From positions 294,190,001 to 294,254,000 of the forward strand of contig OZ024742.1 in NCBI GenBank assembly GCA_964016885.1: 64,000 bases of DNA, read 5' to 3'. Of this stretch, positions 12,661-26,889 are shown piece after piece. The position numbers were made by a program, and so were the translations under genes. The notes below the pieces were generated by a model. That model searched no databases. It saw only the letters and a list, made by a program, of their open reading frames with translations, and was not told the origin of the DNA. Each line of letters opens with the position of its first letter. Position 1 is the stretch's first letter. This DNA is from Eledone cirrhosa. Taxonomy: Eukaryota.

Positions 12661-15131
12661 AACCACCATTACCACTCCTCCTCATCTTTGTTAATCAGAC
12701 CCAGCCTGAGTTTTCAAAAAAAGCCCTTTGTGTGGAAGTTTGATCTCGAAACAGCCAAATCTTCCTTGACCTACTTTAGTCAAATATAAACTTATATCAT
12801 CAATATCACCATTTTATTACATGTTTTCCATGGACAGGTTGTGGATAAAAAGTTAGATGTACATATGCACTGATGACCATTACACAGGTCAGATGAACAC
12901 AATTTTACAGCATGTACTGGGAGCATTATACTGTAACCAACACTACCACTTTACAATACCAAGATACATGTGTTCTCAGCCAGGCTGGAAAAGACAGTGA
13001 TGAGGATGGGCTTGTAAAATGAGAGGGGTGGTGGAGTTGTGGCAAGCTGTGGTCATGGTAGTGATGATGGTAGTGGTGTTGATGGTGGTGGTGTGAGAAG
13101 GAGCCCACAATTTAAAATAAATAACCTGCCAGCACATTTAACACAAGATAGAAAGAGATCTTCAGTCAAGTCAACCTGATAACCTCTCTAGTGTTGATAC
13201 CATAATAAAATGCACATAATACCCTCTGTAAAGTGCTTGCTGTTAAGAAAGGCATCCTACTGTAGAAACCATTCCAAAAGGTGTGAAAATTCCTAAACTA
13301 AATGACAACATACCTAGTGCTTGTGCCATGATAAACTGTAGAATTGGTGTTAAAAAGGGCATCTAGCTGTAGAAACCCTACCAAAACTGAAACTTATGCA
13401 AGATATCGCCCCAGGACCATCTAGGATATTAGCTATGGTCATTTGCTTGATCTGTGACAACATGGAAAAACATTAAATGATGATGATTTAGTATTTACTA
13501 TTATTACTATTTTACAAAACATTCTCAACTCTACACCTTTAATCTATGATTTTTCTTGAGGTTTGTGAACCAAGAAGATTTCAGTTGGGAAATATTCATT
13601 TTCCAACACCTTAACTGTTTAATAACCATATTTTAATGGCAAATATATTTTTCAATTAATTACCATATATACATCGATGGTAGGTGGGGGTCAATATTTT
13701 GACGATTTTCACCTACTTCAAATTCTACATAAATAAGGTGCTGAATTATCTGGAGTGATTATTTCACAATGAAACAGTTTTTCTACATTTACAATTTAAA
13801 AATTTTGAAAACAAAAAAATTAATTTGGAGGAATTTATGATTAATCTGGTGTTTGGAATATAAAATTCTCTTACATGAAATTATTACTTTTAACATTTTG
13901 CACATCAAACCACATTAGTTGAAACTGATGGAGGTCTGACAGGCATTTTGTAGAAAGTATATGACTAGTATGTATATCATAGTCATCAATTAGAATAACC
14001 ATCAATAAGAACTCCAGTAGACCATGTGTGTTTGGGAATCAACCTGTACTGTAGGTATGGGCCTATCACAGAATTTTGCACTAAAAATCTTAAGATCAAC
14101 TTGTACAGAATTTATATTCTATTTAATGTCTATTCTAATTAACCCATAATACCTTGCACCACATTAAAAATTAAGGTCTTTAATACTGCATCCTATCACA
14201 ATATTCCACTAGTAAAGATACATTTAAATTCACAAACATTTTAAGATATTTTCTGCAAAATTATGTCAAGAGTAAATATGAACACTTTATAACAAACTTT
14301 GTAGCATAGAACCAGGGGCAATTTCAGACCGTTCGGTATCAGAAAAGTTAGTGAGAGGAATAGCCAACTAAAACTCTCAATAGTCTGATTTAGGTTTTCA
14401 AGTTCTGTAGTTGGAAACTGTTCTGGAAAGACTGCTCCTTTTCTTGAATGATGAATTTAATCCATCACCTGGCTTATTACCACCACTATCATCTAGCCTT
14501 TGGGTGCTTTTATTAAAGTGAAATTTACAGCGCATACCTATGCAGGTTTAGCTGGCATCCTGTGAGTTTGTATCTCATATGGTTTCTTGGGTGTTTTAAC
14601 AATAGGAGCACCAAGCCTATCACGAAAAATGAAATGAAGCGTCTTGCTTAAAAACACAATATGTCCCTTGCGACAGGAATTGAACCCTAAAATTTATATT
14701 GAGTCCAAGACCTTAACCATTAGGCCATGCCCCTACACCATGTAGCAGACTCTGTTGCAATCATTCAGACCAGATTTCTATTGTGAGGATAGTTTTCACC
14801 TTTTATTTGAATGAATTTTCCCACAGAAGTCCAGCTACAATTACTCTTCTACCAGATTATCATACACTGGAAATAATAGTAAAAAAAAATAGAGAATGTT
14901 TATACTTAGAAAAGAATGGATACCTAACAGCATGTACATACAATTTAGAGTACTTATATTTTGAGAATTAAGATAAAGTCTATACCGTGAAAATACAATA
15001 GTATATATAGAATAATGTAAATGCTAAAGGGTTAAACTAAAACTAAACTTTCTTGTAACTGAAAATAAATAGAAAAACAAAAAAGCAGCATGACTGCGGC
15101 TGAGAGTGTTGTGATATCAAAAAAATCTTAC

Positions 15132-15200
15132 TGTTAATTTCTTAATTATGTTATCTTGTCCTTGGATACCTTCTCCTTCAAATAGAAGCATTGCTTGTGC
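15132..15200 (-). CDS. NUTF2: NTF2 coding exon 2 (AQAMLLFEGEGIQGQDNIIKKLT)
   Basis: 69 nt, flanked by a ttcttttcAG acceptor and a GTAAGA donor. It carries the NTF2 FEG..QG motif. Confidence 0.93.
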
Positions 15201-17243
15201 CTGAAAAGAAAGGAAAAGTTTTTATAGTCATGTATAGTATATGTATTATCCACAGAATATTAAGATTGATAAACAACAAACATTGAGGTAGGGGTAGACC
15301 AAGAAAGATCTGGGCAAAGGTTAGGAAAGCTGACCTCAAATCACTGAGACGATGACGAGAGATCGCGATGTATGGAGAGATGCCATGCAGAGAAGGACCC
15401 ATCCAAGCGTGGAAAAGCGGACATAAAAACGATGATGATTATTACAACTACTAAACCCTCATGTTTGTTTATTAACACTTTTATTGTTCTCATCATTTAT
15501 AGTTCGCTTTCCCTGCTAGTAAGGATTAGACGGATCTATATAGACCAAGTCAGTACTGATGCTGGGCTACTGACCTCCCAGACAGGCCAACGGATCCGCA
15601 TCTCGCTTACGTTCAAGTGCACAGGAGAGATTTTTATGTCTTTGACACAATTGAAGAGTCCTCCCAACCCTTTGTTAGGCAAGCTTTCTACATCTGGATG
15701 CCCCTCTTATCATCAACCCCATTACAAATTTCTAAAATATTGCTTATAATTTACAAATAATTTTGAAAATAAAAATTTGGAGGGATTTAGTAATATAACA
15801 AATTTTCTTACATAAAATTATGATAGATAAATCCCAGCCAAAATACAGTTCCGATTGAGCAAGGCATGGCAAGGCCAGCTTGTCTCAAAACGTTGATGAT
15901 GATGCTGCTGCTGCGACAGATTCAGGAAATTTGTTATTGTGTTCATTATGGCATTCGTATTGTAGGTGCAGGCATAACCGTGGTTAAAAAGTTCACTTCA
16001 TAACCGTAAAGCTTCAGATTCGATCCCATCTTGAGTGTCTTCTACTAGAGCTTTAGACTGACCAATGCCTAGTGATTGAAACTTGATAGGAACTGAGCAG
16101 AAGACTGTTGTATATATACCATTATTATCAATTACGGTGGGTTGGCAGTATTGTTAGAGAGTCGGACGCCATGCTTTGACGCATACAGTTATGGCCCTTG
16201 CCATTCTGAGTTCAAATCCCGCCGAGGTTAACTTTGCCTTTCATCCTTATGGGGTCGATAAAATGAAGTACCAGTAATGTACTGGGTAATTGCTGACCTT
16301 GTGCCAAAAGTAGAAACAATTATCAATTACGTTCTGAGTTCAAATCCTGCCGAGGTTAGCTTTGCCTTTCATCCTTATGGGATCGATAAAATAAAGCACC
16401 AGTGAGTACTGGGGTTGATTTAATTGACTTTCCCTCCACCTCAAATTGCTGGCCTTGTGCCTAAAGTAGAAACTATTATAATCATTTAACATCCACTAGT
16501 TTTGGAACGGGTCACCACAGACCATGTCAGTACTTAACTGGAGCAACTGATCTAGTTTCACAACATATCATAATTTGATTAAAAGAAAGAGAAAGCAATG
16601 TGTGAATGTGTGTGTGCGCGTGTCTCCCTCTCATTAATGTCCCACAACTTAGCAGAATACTTAAGAGTTGACACCAAAAAAAGCATCCAACCATAAAAAG
16701 AACTGCCTCAAAGAGTCTTATCCAACACATGCCAGCATAGAAAAACAGACACAAAAATGATCTGGTTTATGACAACTAAGCCATACATATGCCTGTATGT
16801 TTTAAGGTGACTAAAAAACTGAAATTCACAGCTCAGACCTAACAGGTCTGACTAGCCTCCTATGATGTATCTCATTGGAGGCTTCTTGGGTGTCTTAACT
16901 CTTAATATCCTGTAAAACATGAAACTGCATTAGAGAACATTCTTAAAAATTTCAAAACAGCACTATAAAAATCAAAATCTTTAGTTTACTCCACTAATAA
17001 AGATTTATAAGCATTTGAATAGACATCTATTTTCTGCTAAATTGGTAAAGGAAGAATCCTATCACAAAAGGCAATGTGAAATGAAGCATTTTACTCAATA
17101 ACACGTGCCATCAAGTTAAGAATCAAACTCATGACCTTATGATTGTGAATTCAACACCCTAACTACTAGGATGGTGGAAGTTTATTGTATACTAATCCTG
17201 TTAGAAAATCTGATGATTGTGTGATCCAGTACTATATATAACA

Positions 17244-17900
17244 CTAGCTGAATAACCTGGCGTTACCCAGGTTACTGCTGTTCTTATTCAGTAAACAACA
17301 AATATGAAGATATATAATTATTTCAAAATACCTATATTTTATTTTTAAAAGTATCAAAATTTTAATGATAATAGAATTTAGAAATGAAAATCTGTCAAGC
17401 TTGAATAAATTGTTGCTGCTTCCAACTCGTGAGTAACCAACATAGAGTTGACTGTGGGAGAAACATGTAGTCAAGAGATCAAGTCCAACTAACTTGAGGG
17501 ATTGACCCTGAGATTTGTTAATTGAAATAATAAAACTTAGTTTGACTGGAAACTGAAGCCTCTTAAATTTAACCTCACATATACTTGTCAGTCATCACAT
17601 ATGTATATGTATGTGTTTAATTCTCTGTGTATGTAACTTACTAAGGCCTAACGTATGTAATGAATACACAAACACACACACTCATATACAAAACGTGACG
17701 TTGTCAAGTTATAAAATGTCCATTTACTTATAGTCTATAGTAGTTTTAGATAAAATGTTATATTGTTTTAAGCCAAATGAAAATAAAAATTACATGTTAA
17801 TCCTGGGGTCGAATACTATTATCATGTAAAATTTGATTTGGTCAAGCTGTTTGAGAATGCATAAGGAAGAGACAGAGAGACAAAGAATTTCTTATATATA
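17244..17900 (-). mobile_element. Non-autonomous Helitron-like element
   Basis: The minus-strand 3' end has the hairpin CCTGG-gtaacg-CCAGG followed by CTAG|T. The other end merges into a (TA)n-rich start typical of these elements. Confidence 0.6.
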
Positions 17901-20900
17901 TATATATATACACACACACAGATGGTTACCAGGTCAATGTGAAGGTACTTAGTAATTCACTTTTATAAAGCTTCTGAAAATAAAGGCCTTCTGTTCACTA
18001 CTGCTTTACTTACATTGAATTTAACTCTTGGCCCCAAACCACCCCTGGTTCTTCAATACAAAACTTTAGTTTTAAGTGTTCATCATCATCATCATTTTAT
18101 GTCCACTTTTTCCTGCTTGCAAAGGTGGGACGGGAACTGATTCTGGCTTGATTTCTACAGCTGGATGCCCTTCCTAACACCAACCTCATTTACAGTGAGT
18201 GCTGGGTGCTTTTTTGCCGTGGAATGATAGGGACCCCAGTCCTATCATCTCATTTCTACAGCTGAGTAAACTGGAGCAATGTGAAATAAAGTGTCTTGCT
18301 CAAGGAAACAACACATTACCCGGTCTGAGAATTGAACTCACAACCTTTCGATTGCAAGGTCAATGCTCTAACCACTAAGCCATGTGCCTCCATATTAATC
18401 TATAAGCCTTCCATTATAATTTTATGTATGAATCTGGTTTAAAACAGGTACATCATATACCTGCATGTTAGAGGTGACTAAAGGAGTTAATGCCAGGAAA
18501 GGTAGCTAGCCATAAAACAGCCTGAAAAAGACCCTATGATGTGTATAAAACCTGCAATGCTAATTCCTGCTTTAGCAGGGAAAATGACCATAAGATGCTC
18601 ATTGTGTGTTGTATAATTTTATATAAGAACCTTTATGTGCCAAACAAATTAACAAAGAGAAAGTTTAGCCTATTTCTAAATCCTTCAAACATGAGTCCTT
18701 AAGTAACATCTTTCATTAGAAAATATGGTAACAAAAGGGTAGTAAGTACCACATCACAATATTCATTCACTGGACTGCAACCATACAAGGGCACTGTTTT
18801 CAAGTACTTATTGATTTCAAATTGTAGAACCACCCAGTAAGGTGGTAGGGCTAGTGACACAATAAGCATTAGGAACGGCATCTAACCATAGAAAACATAT
18901 CAAAAACAGAATGTATGAAGAAGACATGGTCACTAACAACCTGTTAACCTCCCGAAAGCAAGGAAAATAGACAATAAATGATGATGATTATTTAAATTTT
19001 GTTAAATTTAGGGAGCTGCCACCTCTGTTGGCAACAAGAGTTTTTCTCTTAGTGAAAAGCAGACTATGACACCTGTGTATGAACAGTGTTACTGCATGGT
19101 AGTGAGACCTAGGCATGCTTTGCTGTGTGTATGAACAAAAGAGCAAGGATGAGATGAGAGGGAAAACAGTATAAGACCCAGCTGTAGAATACAAGAAAGA
19201 AGATTTAGTTTGGACATATATATGGAGAATGTAAGTTGTATAATGAAGTGCAGAGCTCGTCAAGACATGGGATGAAGAGGTGAAAATTGACCTGACAGGA
19301 CTTAGCTGATTGGCAGCTTGTGGTGCTCGAAAAGATCCATCCACCAATGCAAGGCACCTGTCAAAACACCTTTCTATTTACTATATCTCACACTCTCCCT
19401 ATCCGAATCACTCTTACTCCTCAGACTCTGTACCATACTGCCCATAAAACTAGGGGTAGTTTGAAATCTGTCAGAGACTCACTACCCTTCAATTCTCACC
19501 AACTCACCCCCATATCATTAAAACCATTTTTAACAACACCTACTTCCCAATATTTGTTCTTTCTTTCCATATATCTCCTGGTTCTCATTAACAAATGTGT
19601 AGTTACCATTGCTCCATTCACGCTGCCTCTTCTGTCATACTTTCACTCTTCCTCTCCTACTGCTGAGGTCACAATGACCTCTCAAGTGTGAGTTCCACAA
19701 TAAAATAAAACATGTACCCAATACACATTCTAAAGTGATTAGTATTAGGAAGGGAAACCAGCTATAGAAATCATGCCAAAAATGAACATACAAGCAAAAC
19801 AGTGCCCACTGATCTGCATAGTCCCAAACCATATATTCACAACTGTTGACTCCAGATAAATTCAATACATATATATTACCTGTAAGTACTCAGTTTAGAA
19901 TCAATATATTGTATCCCTGCATTGTCACAAAGAGACATGATATGCACAAGGCTTGGCATGGGGTCCAAAAAGCAAACCCTTGCTTTAGCAGAGAGTTGCC
20001 TTAAAATACACACATATATATATAAAGGTAACCATGATAGTGACAACAAAAATCCCCTAGTCCACCATGTAAAGTGATCATGGTAGAGCACCCAGTCCAC
20101 TCTGTATGGCAGTTATGTTGGTTACACAATAAAAAGCCTCCAGCCCACCCTGTAAGATGATGTTGGTGATACATGAAGTACCCGGTTCACCTTGTCAGTT
20201 GGTGGTTTTGGTGCCACAAAAAGCACCCAGTCCACACTGTAAATGTGATTAGCATCAGGAAGGGCATCCAGCTGTAGAAACCAAGCCAGAAACAGTTCTG
20301 TGTGAGCATGACACAGTCACCTGATCTGACTTGTCTCATGAAAGGACAAATTTTCTAACAAATGCATGGAAAAATGGACATTAAATGGTGGTGGTGGTGA
20401 TGATGATGATATAAACACACACATTATGGAATAGAGCTCCATCAGTTTCAATGGTGAGTGTTTCAGTTGTTTGATCATCAGATCAGCCTGATGGTGAAAT
20501 TAACATGTAAGCATTTGATAATTCCACAGAGACGTGTACCCATAACATAATTCAGAGATTTAGTATGACAATGAGGATTACAGGTACAGTTCAACTAAAT
20601 ATACTTTCAAACAGTGCCAACCCAATTTCACTCAAATGACACCTGCACAAGATGCCATGCAGTGGGATTGAATCTTAGATCTTATGATTGCAAAGTGAAC
20701 CGCTTAACAATTCGGCCATGCTGATTGATACACATACAATATATATACTTGTACACATGTGCGACGTAATATTTAATGAAATTTTGAAAAGGTTTTGGCA
20801 GAGTTCCAAGTTGTTCTGTAGCATTTGCTGGCAATTCCTTGTCGCTGTTAAACATTGTGTTTGTATTTCTATATTAACATTGCCTATAGTTTTCAAGTAA

Positions 20901-22982
20901 CTTCGAAAATAATTAAATGAAATAATGGAGATTTCTCTAAGATTGGTGTGAGGAACGAATATAAGATGAAAGGTCTTTAGATAAATATAAACAGTTTTGT
21001 ATTGTAGAACCAATGGGTGGTTTGGTATCAGGCAGATTATGTGCTTGGAGCATAACTAAATTTCTTATACAAAATTATGGTAGAAGGGTTGTTTTTTTTA
21101 GAAATATATATACACATTTCAAAATAAACTGTCCTGTATTGCAGAGAATTAGGGACGGTTTGGTATTTAAAAGGTTGACCATTATTGATTATCCATCAAT
21201 TTCACATACAAGGTTCTGATTAAAACGCATTTATTGACATAACTACAACTTAATGTGCAACGCCTACAGCCTTTTTTGTGTGTCCTCATAGCTTTTAAAA
21301 TGCTTTTTAATTCAATTTTGCAGTAATACGTTTTCCAAGATGTAGATTACGATTATGTTGCTAAAAAAAAAAAAATCTATTTTAAACATATTTCAAAATT
21401 TAGGTTTTTTTAATTCCTTCCCTTCTACACAAACTAGCAAGGGAACCTCCACAATCGACACACAAGAAACATCAACCAGCTCTCCTTCATATCATACCCA
21501 GGCATCATAAACAAAGACACAGTGGATATCATTAATTGGCGTTCTTTCGTTTTAAGTAGACAACAATCACCGTACATAATAAAAATGAACGATGCCTGAT
21601 TGATTTGTATAAGTAAATTCCGAATGATTTATTAGTAAAGGAAAATGTCTACAATCATGCTTGATAATGATTATTTAAAATATTAAGGAAAATTACTGAA
21701 ATTAATTTAAATGAAATGAAGATTGTCGTCTACTTAAATGATCGTCAATATATATTATATAATTAAAATAAATTTTCGATAAAGAAAAAAAAAAAAGATC
21801 ACTGCCCTCGAACCAACACGAGAGCTTCTACGTAGTCACTATTATAAGAAATAGCAACCAAATCGTTCACATCACATCCCAGCACTTCTGTTTATTTCCC
21901 ACCAACTAAAGAAGTCTCCACGTGGTCATAATAAATTGACCGAAACAACAGCTAAATCTCCCTCGCATCATATCCCAGCGTCTTAAACAAGGTCACAATG
22001 GATATTATATAGGACTGGGTATACCTAATTGTCGCGCTTTTCGTTTTAATTGGAAACCAAAACAAAGCATTTTGTCCGGCATAAACGATCTGCCAATCCA
22101 CATAAAATGAAAATGACCGATACCTGATTGATCTGTATTTGTAAATTCCGAATGGCTTATTTAGTAAAATAAAAATGAAATATAGCAACATGCATAGACA
22201 TCACTTTATCTCTTTTCCACATATTTACACGATAGCCGAACATTTAAGACGAACCTTATCTACCCACCCTCATTTATTTTGCAGAAATGTAAATCTTGCT
22301 CAAAACGTAGAATTCCGGCGAAGGAAAATCAATAAATAGAAAAGTTCCAGCCATTTTGCGCTGGATGCTTAATTCGAAACTTCACCCCATATTTGTACAT
22401 TGCATGGACCAATGGGGCTTCACAAACACTTGTAAATCATTAAGAAGATTCTAGAAAGATAATTGCAACATTACAGTTGACTTTAAGTGAGGTAAAGTCC
22501 TATAAGCTTTCTCTATATTGAAGTGAAAGTAAAATAAAATCACAAAAAAAAAGCCGATCTGATGGACAGTATGTTTTGATTAAACGATCGTATTTAAAAT
22601 AAGTGAATGAAAAATTAAAAATAAAGAAAAAACTGCGAAAAATTGGAAGTTAACTACAAATATGAAACTTATTTACGAAAGCAATAAATAAAAAAATATA
22701 TTTGAACCATCATATTCATCAGATTTTAATTTTACTTCATTATAGAAAGCTTATAGGATTTTACCACATAATGCTCGCTAAACAATAACGAAATACATAC
22801 ATATACACACACTATGTATATATAATCATACTGTTTTTTTTTCAACTCATGAACCGAGATTTATCTCAAAGTTTACTACATACTACCTAGCTAGTCACAA
22901 GATTGTAACTGTTAATTAAAGGTTAATAACAAAATACTCCACACGCCTAACCGTCCCAATTGACGAGGTAGACGCAACTTAC

Positions 22983-23090
22983 ATGGTAGACTCCTCTTAA
23001 ATGGTCTCGATATTGTTCCGAATCAAAAAGATTGTAATAGTGCTCCACGAATTTCTCTGCAATCGTTGTATAATGGCCTGGGCAGGTCAT
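22983..23090 (-). CDS. NUTF2: Nuclear transport factor 2, coding exon 1 (MTCPGHYTTIAEKFVEHYYNLFDSEQYRDHLRGVYH)
   Basis: Hand translation gives the NTF2 N-terminal motif F-V-x-H-Y-Y-x-L-F-D. The exon ends at a GTAAGT donor (phase 0). An upstream polypyrimidine/AG acceptor lies at 23138-23139. Confidence 0.93.
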
Positions 23091-23263
23091 CTTTATAGGA
23101 GTTTCTCTGGCCAAAGCAGAGGGATTTGGAAGGTCAGCTGCACAAAATAAACGATAAACGAGGTAAATAAAATGTGTGTGGAGATGTTATCTATAAAGAA
23201 GATGTAGGGATGCTGTGTAGGAAAAAAGCTAGAAACGTTGTACAGTGAAAATATTTCACATAC

Positions 23264-23310
23264 CTCAAAATGGCGGGAGTAATAAAGCAGGGGAAGTGCG
23301 CATGTCATTC
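23264..23310 (-). promoter_or_regulatory. Putative NTF2 non-coding first exon and core promoter
   Basis: The minus strand reads ...gcgcacttcccctgctttattactcccGCCATTTTgag|GTATGT. This gives a strong donor, a YY1-type CGCCATTTT motif, a pyrimidine-rich start and an adjacent NRF1-like TGCGCATG. CpG is locally retained. Confidence 0.6.
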
Positions 23311-24789
23311 ACACGGACTCCCGAAAAAGCTATGTTTTCATTGGCTAATATTCACAACTAACTTTGTCAACTGTTGAAAAGTTTGTTGTTTTTTTTTATT
23401 AACCCTTATATTACAAAAAAATTAAATTCACACTTTGACTTAGTTCATCCGTAAAATTTTCAGATGAGAGAAAGAGTGATACATATTCGGTACATTGGAC
23501 GCAGCAGGGCTGAATAGTTAAAAAAGTTTTCTTCGCAATTCCAAGGTGCAGGGTTCGATGCCATTCGTCGTATCTTAGGCAAGTATAATTTTTCATAGCC
23601 TAGAGTAGATATAATCCTTCTGAGTAATAGTGGATAGACAGAAACATTTTGGAAACCTGTCCTGCTGGATATCTTTAACATTCCAGTACTTTATTTTATC
23701 GACCCTTCGAGATTTGAATACAAAAGATAAAGAATCGGAACAAATACCGCAAGGCATTTTGTTTCTAATTTAGGCAAAAGGCCAACAATTTTGGAGGGAG
23801 GGGGAAAATCAACATACTTCACACAAGTACATGACTGTTACCTTATTTTATCAACCCTAGAAGAATGAAATGCAAAATTGATTTCGTCCCGATTTGAATT
23901 CAGAATATAAAGAGCCAAAACAATGCCACAATGAATGTTGTCCGGCGCTCTAATAACTCTGTCACTCCATCGCACTCAAAGTAACAATAGTTTCTACTCT
24001 ATGCACAAGGCCGGACATTTAAGGGAGAAGGGGGAAAGTAGATTATACTGACCTCAGTATTTTGCTGGTACCTTATTTTATTGAATCCGGGAGGATGAAA
24101 GGAACCGTTGACTTCAGCGAGATTTAAACTACCAACACGCTGACGATTCTACCAATCCACCAGTAATGGTTGGAACAGAAAACAAAATTCCACGAAATTA
24201 TTTTAAATTAAAACTACCCGAAACTAAACGTAGATAAAAAAATTAGTTGTTTTTATTTATTTTTTTTTTTTTGTTAACATGAAAAAAAATCCTTTCTAAA
24301 GTGAACTTCAAAATAAAAGTATTCAATATTTTGTTTATTGTTGCGTATTTTCACTTAAATATTATTGAAATGTTGTTTTTAAAACAAAGTTTCTAAAATT
24401 TAATTTTGATCTTATAACTGTCAAACAATCACCGTACGAACTTAACGGAAATGAATCGAAACTAAATCGAACTACCTAGTTAAACTTGAGTAGATAAAAT
24501 AATTCTATACCAATGAAATTCAAGGAAGACAACTCAGTTAACAATTAAGGGTCGGCGATACGTTTAGGCCAACTTGGCAGCTGATTAGGGCACACATTTC
24601 TGAAAACTTAAAGGATCACAATTTTGTACAAATTTGTATAATTAATTTAAATATATAATTTCCTGCTACCAATAAATTAATCACTAAATATTTTTCAAAC
24701 CCCTCATTAAATTTGTCTAATCTATCGCTGGCGAAATTTTATTTTAAGTGATAGCATTCCTGCTACAATCAGTTTTCTTTATACATTAA

Positions 24790-24984
24790 CCCTTTAGCAT
24801 TCACATTTCTCTATATATATACTATTATATTTTCATGGTAAATGCTTTATCTCACATAATATCGAATCTATGAGATTTTGAAAGTATTTTGAGAACAATA
24901 CCTTAAAATCAGTTTGAGTGACCAGTTACAGCCAGTTTCAACAGAAAAAGGTAGAGAATTCTGGCCGGTTTGAACATTAAAGGG
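24790..24984 (-). mobile_element. piggyBac MITE family A (opposite orientation)
   Basis: TTAA|CCCTTTAGCATTCACAT...TTAAAGGG|TTAA. Confidence 0.85.
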
Positions 24985-26450
24985 TTAAATAGCATTATAG
25001 GAAGTCAATGAGACTATGTGAGTTTATATAAATTGTAAGGAGGTCAGAAGTGGATGAGGTGACACATGGTATTCCATGTGAGAAATTGCACATTCTAGGG
25101 GTGTTGTTTTATACATGGGCTTATGAATTGGAAAAGTCATTAGAGCATAGGAGAACATACGGTGTGATATTTCTTCCTATTCTCTACACTGAGTACAAAT
25201 CCTACTGTCTTTCATCCTTTTTAGGGGGTTCATAAAATAAAGTACCAGTCCAGGACAATGGATTATTGGAAATTTTAGAGAATTAAATGAAATGCTTTGC
25301 AGTATTTATCTTGGCTCTTTTCATTCCAAGTTTCACTTTATCTTTCATTCCTTTTGGGGTTGATAAAATGATGTACCAGTCCAGAACAATGGATTGTTGG
25401 AACTTTTAGAATGTCGGATGAAAGGATTTGCAGTATTTGTTCCAGCTCACTGCACTCTTGAGTTCAACTCTACCTTTCATTCTTTTAGGGCTTGATAAAT
25501 AAAGTCCCAGTTTAGAGTGGTTGATTGCTGTGTTGGATGAAATAATGTTTTGCTATATTTGTTCCATAACTTTGCTTTTGCCTACTTTGATACTAAACCA
25601 CATAAAGCCCCCCGATTTTATGATACAAAGCTGTTTATTTTAAAGAGTTTATATTTATCTAAAAGTCTTCCATCATAGTTTCATGTAACAACCTTCGTTA
25701 AGTTATGTTCCACACACGAACTTAATGAGAAAGTTATTGCTACTAAATTTCTTCAAATCTTTTATTATTTTCGAAATTATTTGAACATCATAGGCAGTAT
25801 ATTTCATCAGAGATATGGTAACAAAAGGGTTAATCTGTTCCCCAGTTTAACTCCACAACCTGGTCCTTGGGTACCTTAGCAGCGCCTACTCTGTTGCAAG
25901 CATTTGGACCAGGTCTCTGGTTACAAGATACCTTCTTCCCTTCCATTACAATTGGATGCCCTGAAAAGAGTCATGGGCACTGGCTTTCCTTCCCTGACTA
26001 AACAGTAAAAATAAAATTGAGGTAAATAGTTAAATAGAACTAACTTACATCATGTAATGAGGCTGTTAAAAATGTTTATTCAATTAAAATTTCATCTGTA
26101 TTGATAAAAAAAAAACATTTGCGTTATCAAAAAAATTTTTTTAAAAATCCGCGAAGGTAAGGGAGACAACTCTGAAATACCAATTTATTAAAATTTGAAT
26201 GAGATGCCGTTTGTAGTTAGCGTTTTGTGTTGTTTTGCAGTCACTCGTCATGTTAGAAGTAGGAGCTAAATATCCCCCAAACTTCATCCAGCTATGTTAA
26301 AAAGGCAATGAGTCCATTGGATAACTTAGTCCTTGATGTAATATGCCAGAAAATAAGACAGGATGGTCACAGCTGGAAAGGTGGTTAAAAGATAAAGTTT
26401 CTTTACATACAACCATGGTTGCTGGTATCAGGTTAGTTAATGTGAACACA

Positions 26451-26800
26451 GGCATGGCTGAGTGGTAAAGAAGTTTGCTTAGCAATTATGAGGCCATGGG
26501 TTCGATTCCACTGCGTAACATCTTGAGCAAGAATCTTTACCATAACCTTGAAGCCTTGTGAGTGAAGTAGAGTAGATGAAAACTGTGGAAGTCAATTAGA
26601 TGGCTTCTATCTGTAATTCAAAAGTCAAGCCTTGTCACATATGTCATGTTGATTCGGCTTGGAAGTTAAGAGTACACGTGTCAGTGGAATACTTAACCAT
26701 CTACATGCCAATTTATAAATCAGACGTTCAGTTGATTGACTGACTGACTGCTCCTTGTTGAAACTAATTAGGGGCTCCATCATCACAATCATCAGTTAAT
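26451..26800 (+). mobile_element. tRNA-derived SINE (second family); many decayed copies across the window
   Basis: A box GGCTGAGTGGT and B box GGTTCGATTCC followed by CTTGAGCAAG. Related pieces lie at ~3360-3535, 20430-20720, 23507-23660 and 37200-37535. Confidence 0.7.
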
Positions 26801-26889
26801 GCTACTGTTGTTATCTAGTCCTAGCTCAGCCCTAATTCAATAGACATGTTATGTAGGCGACTACCTAGTGGATAATCATAATACAGTGG

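Noticed and set aside
19878-19920. Candidate NTF2 exon (AG...GTAATA on the minus strand)
   Set aside because: It has no NTF2 similarity, and the true second coding exon at 15132-15200 completes the protein in frame.
23507-23585. tRNA gene candidates (also 26451-26525)
   Set aside because: A and B boxes are present but there is no cloverleaf, and they continue into SINE body sequence.
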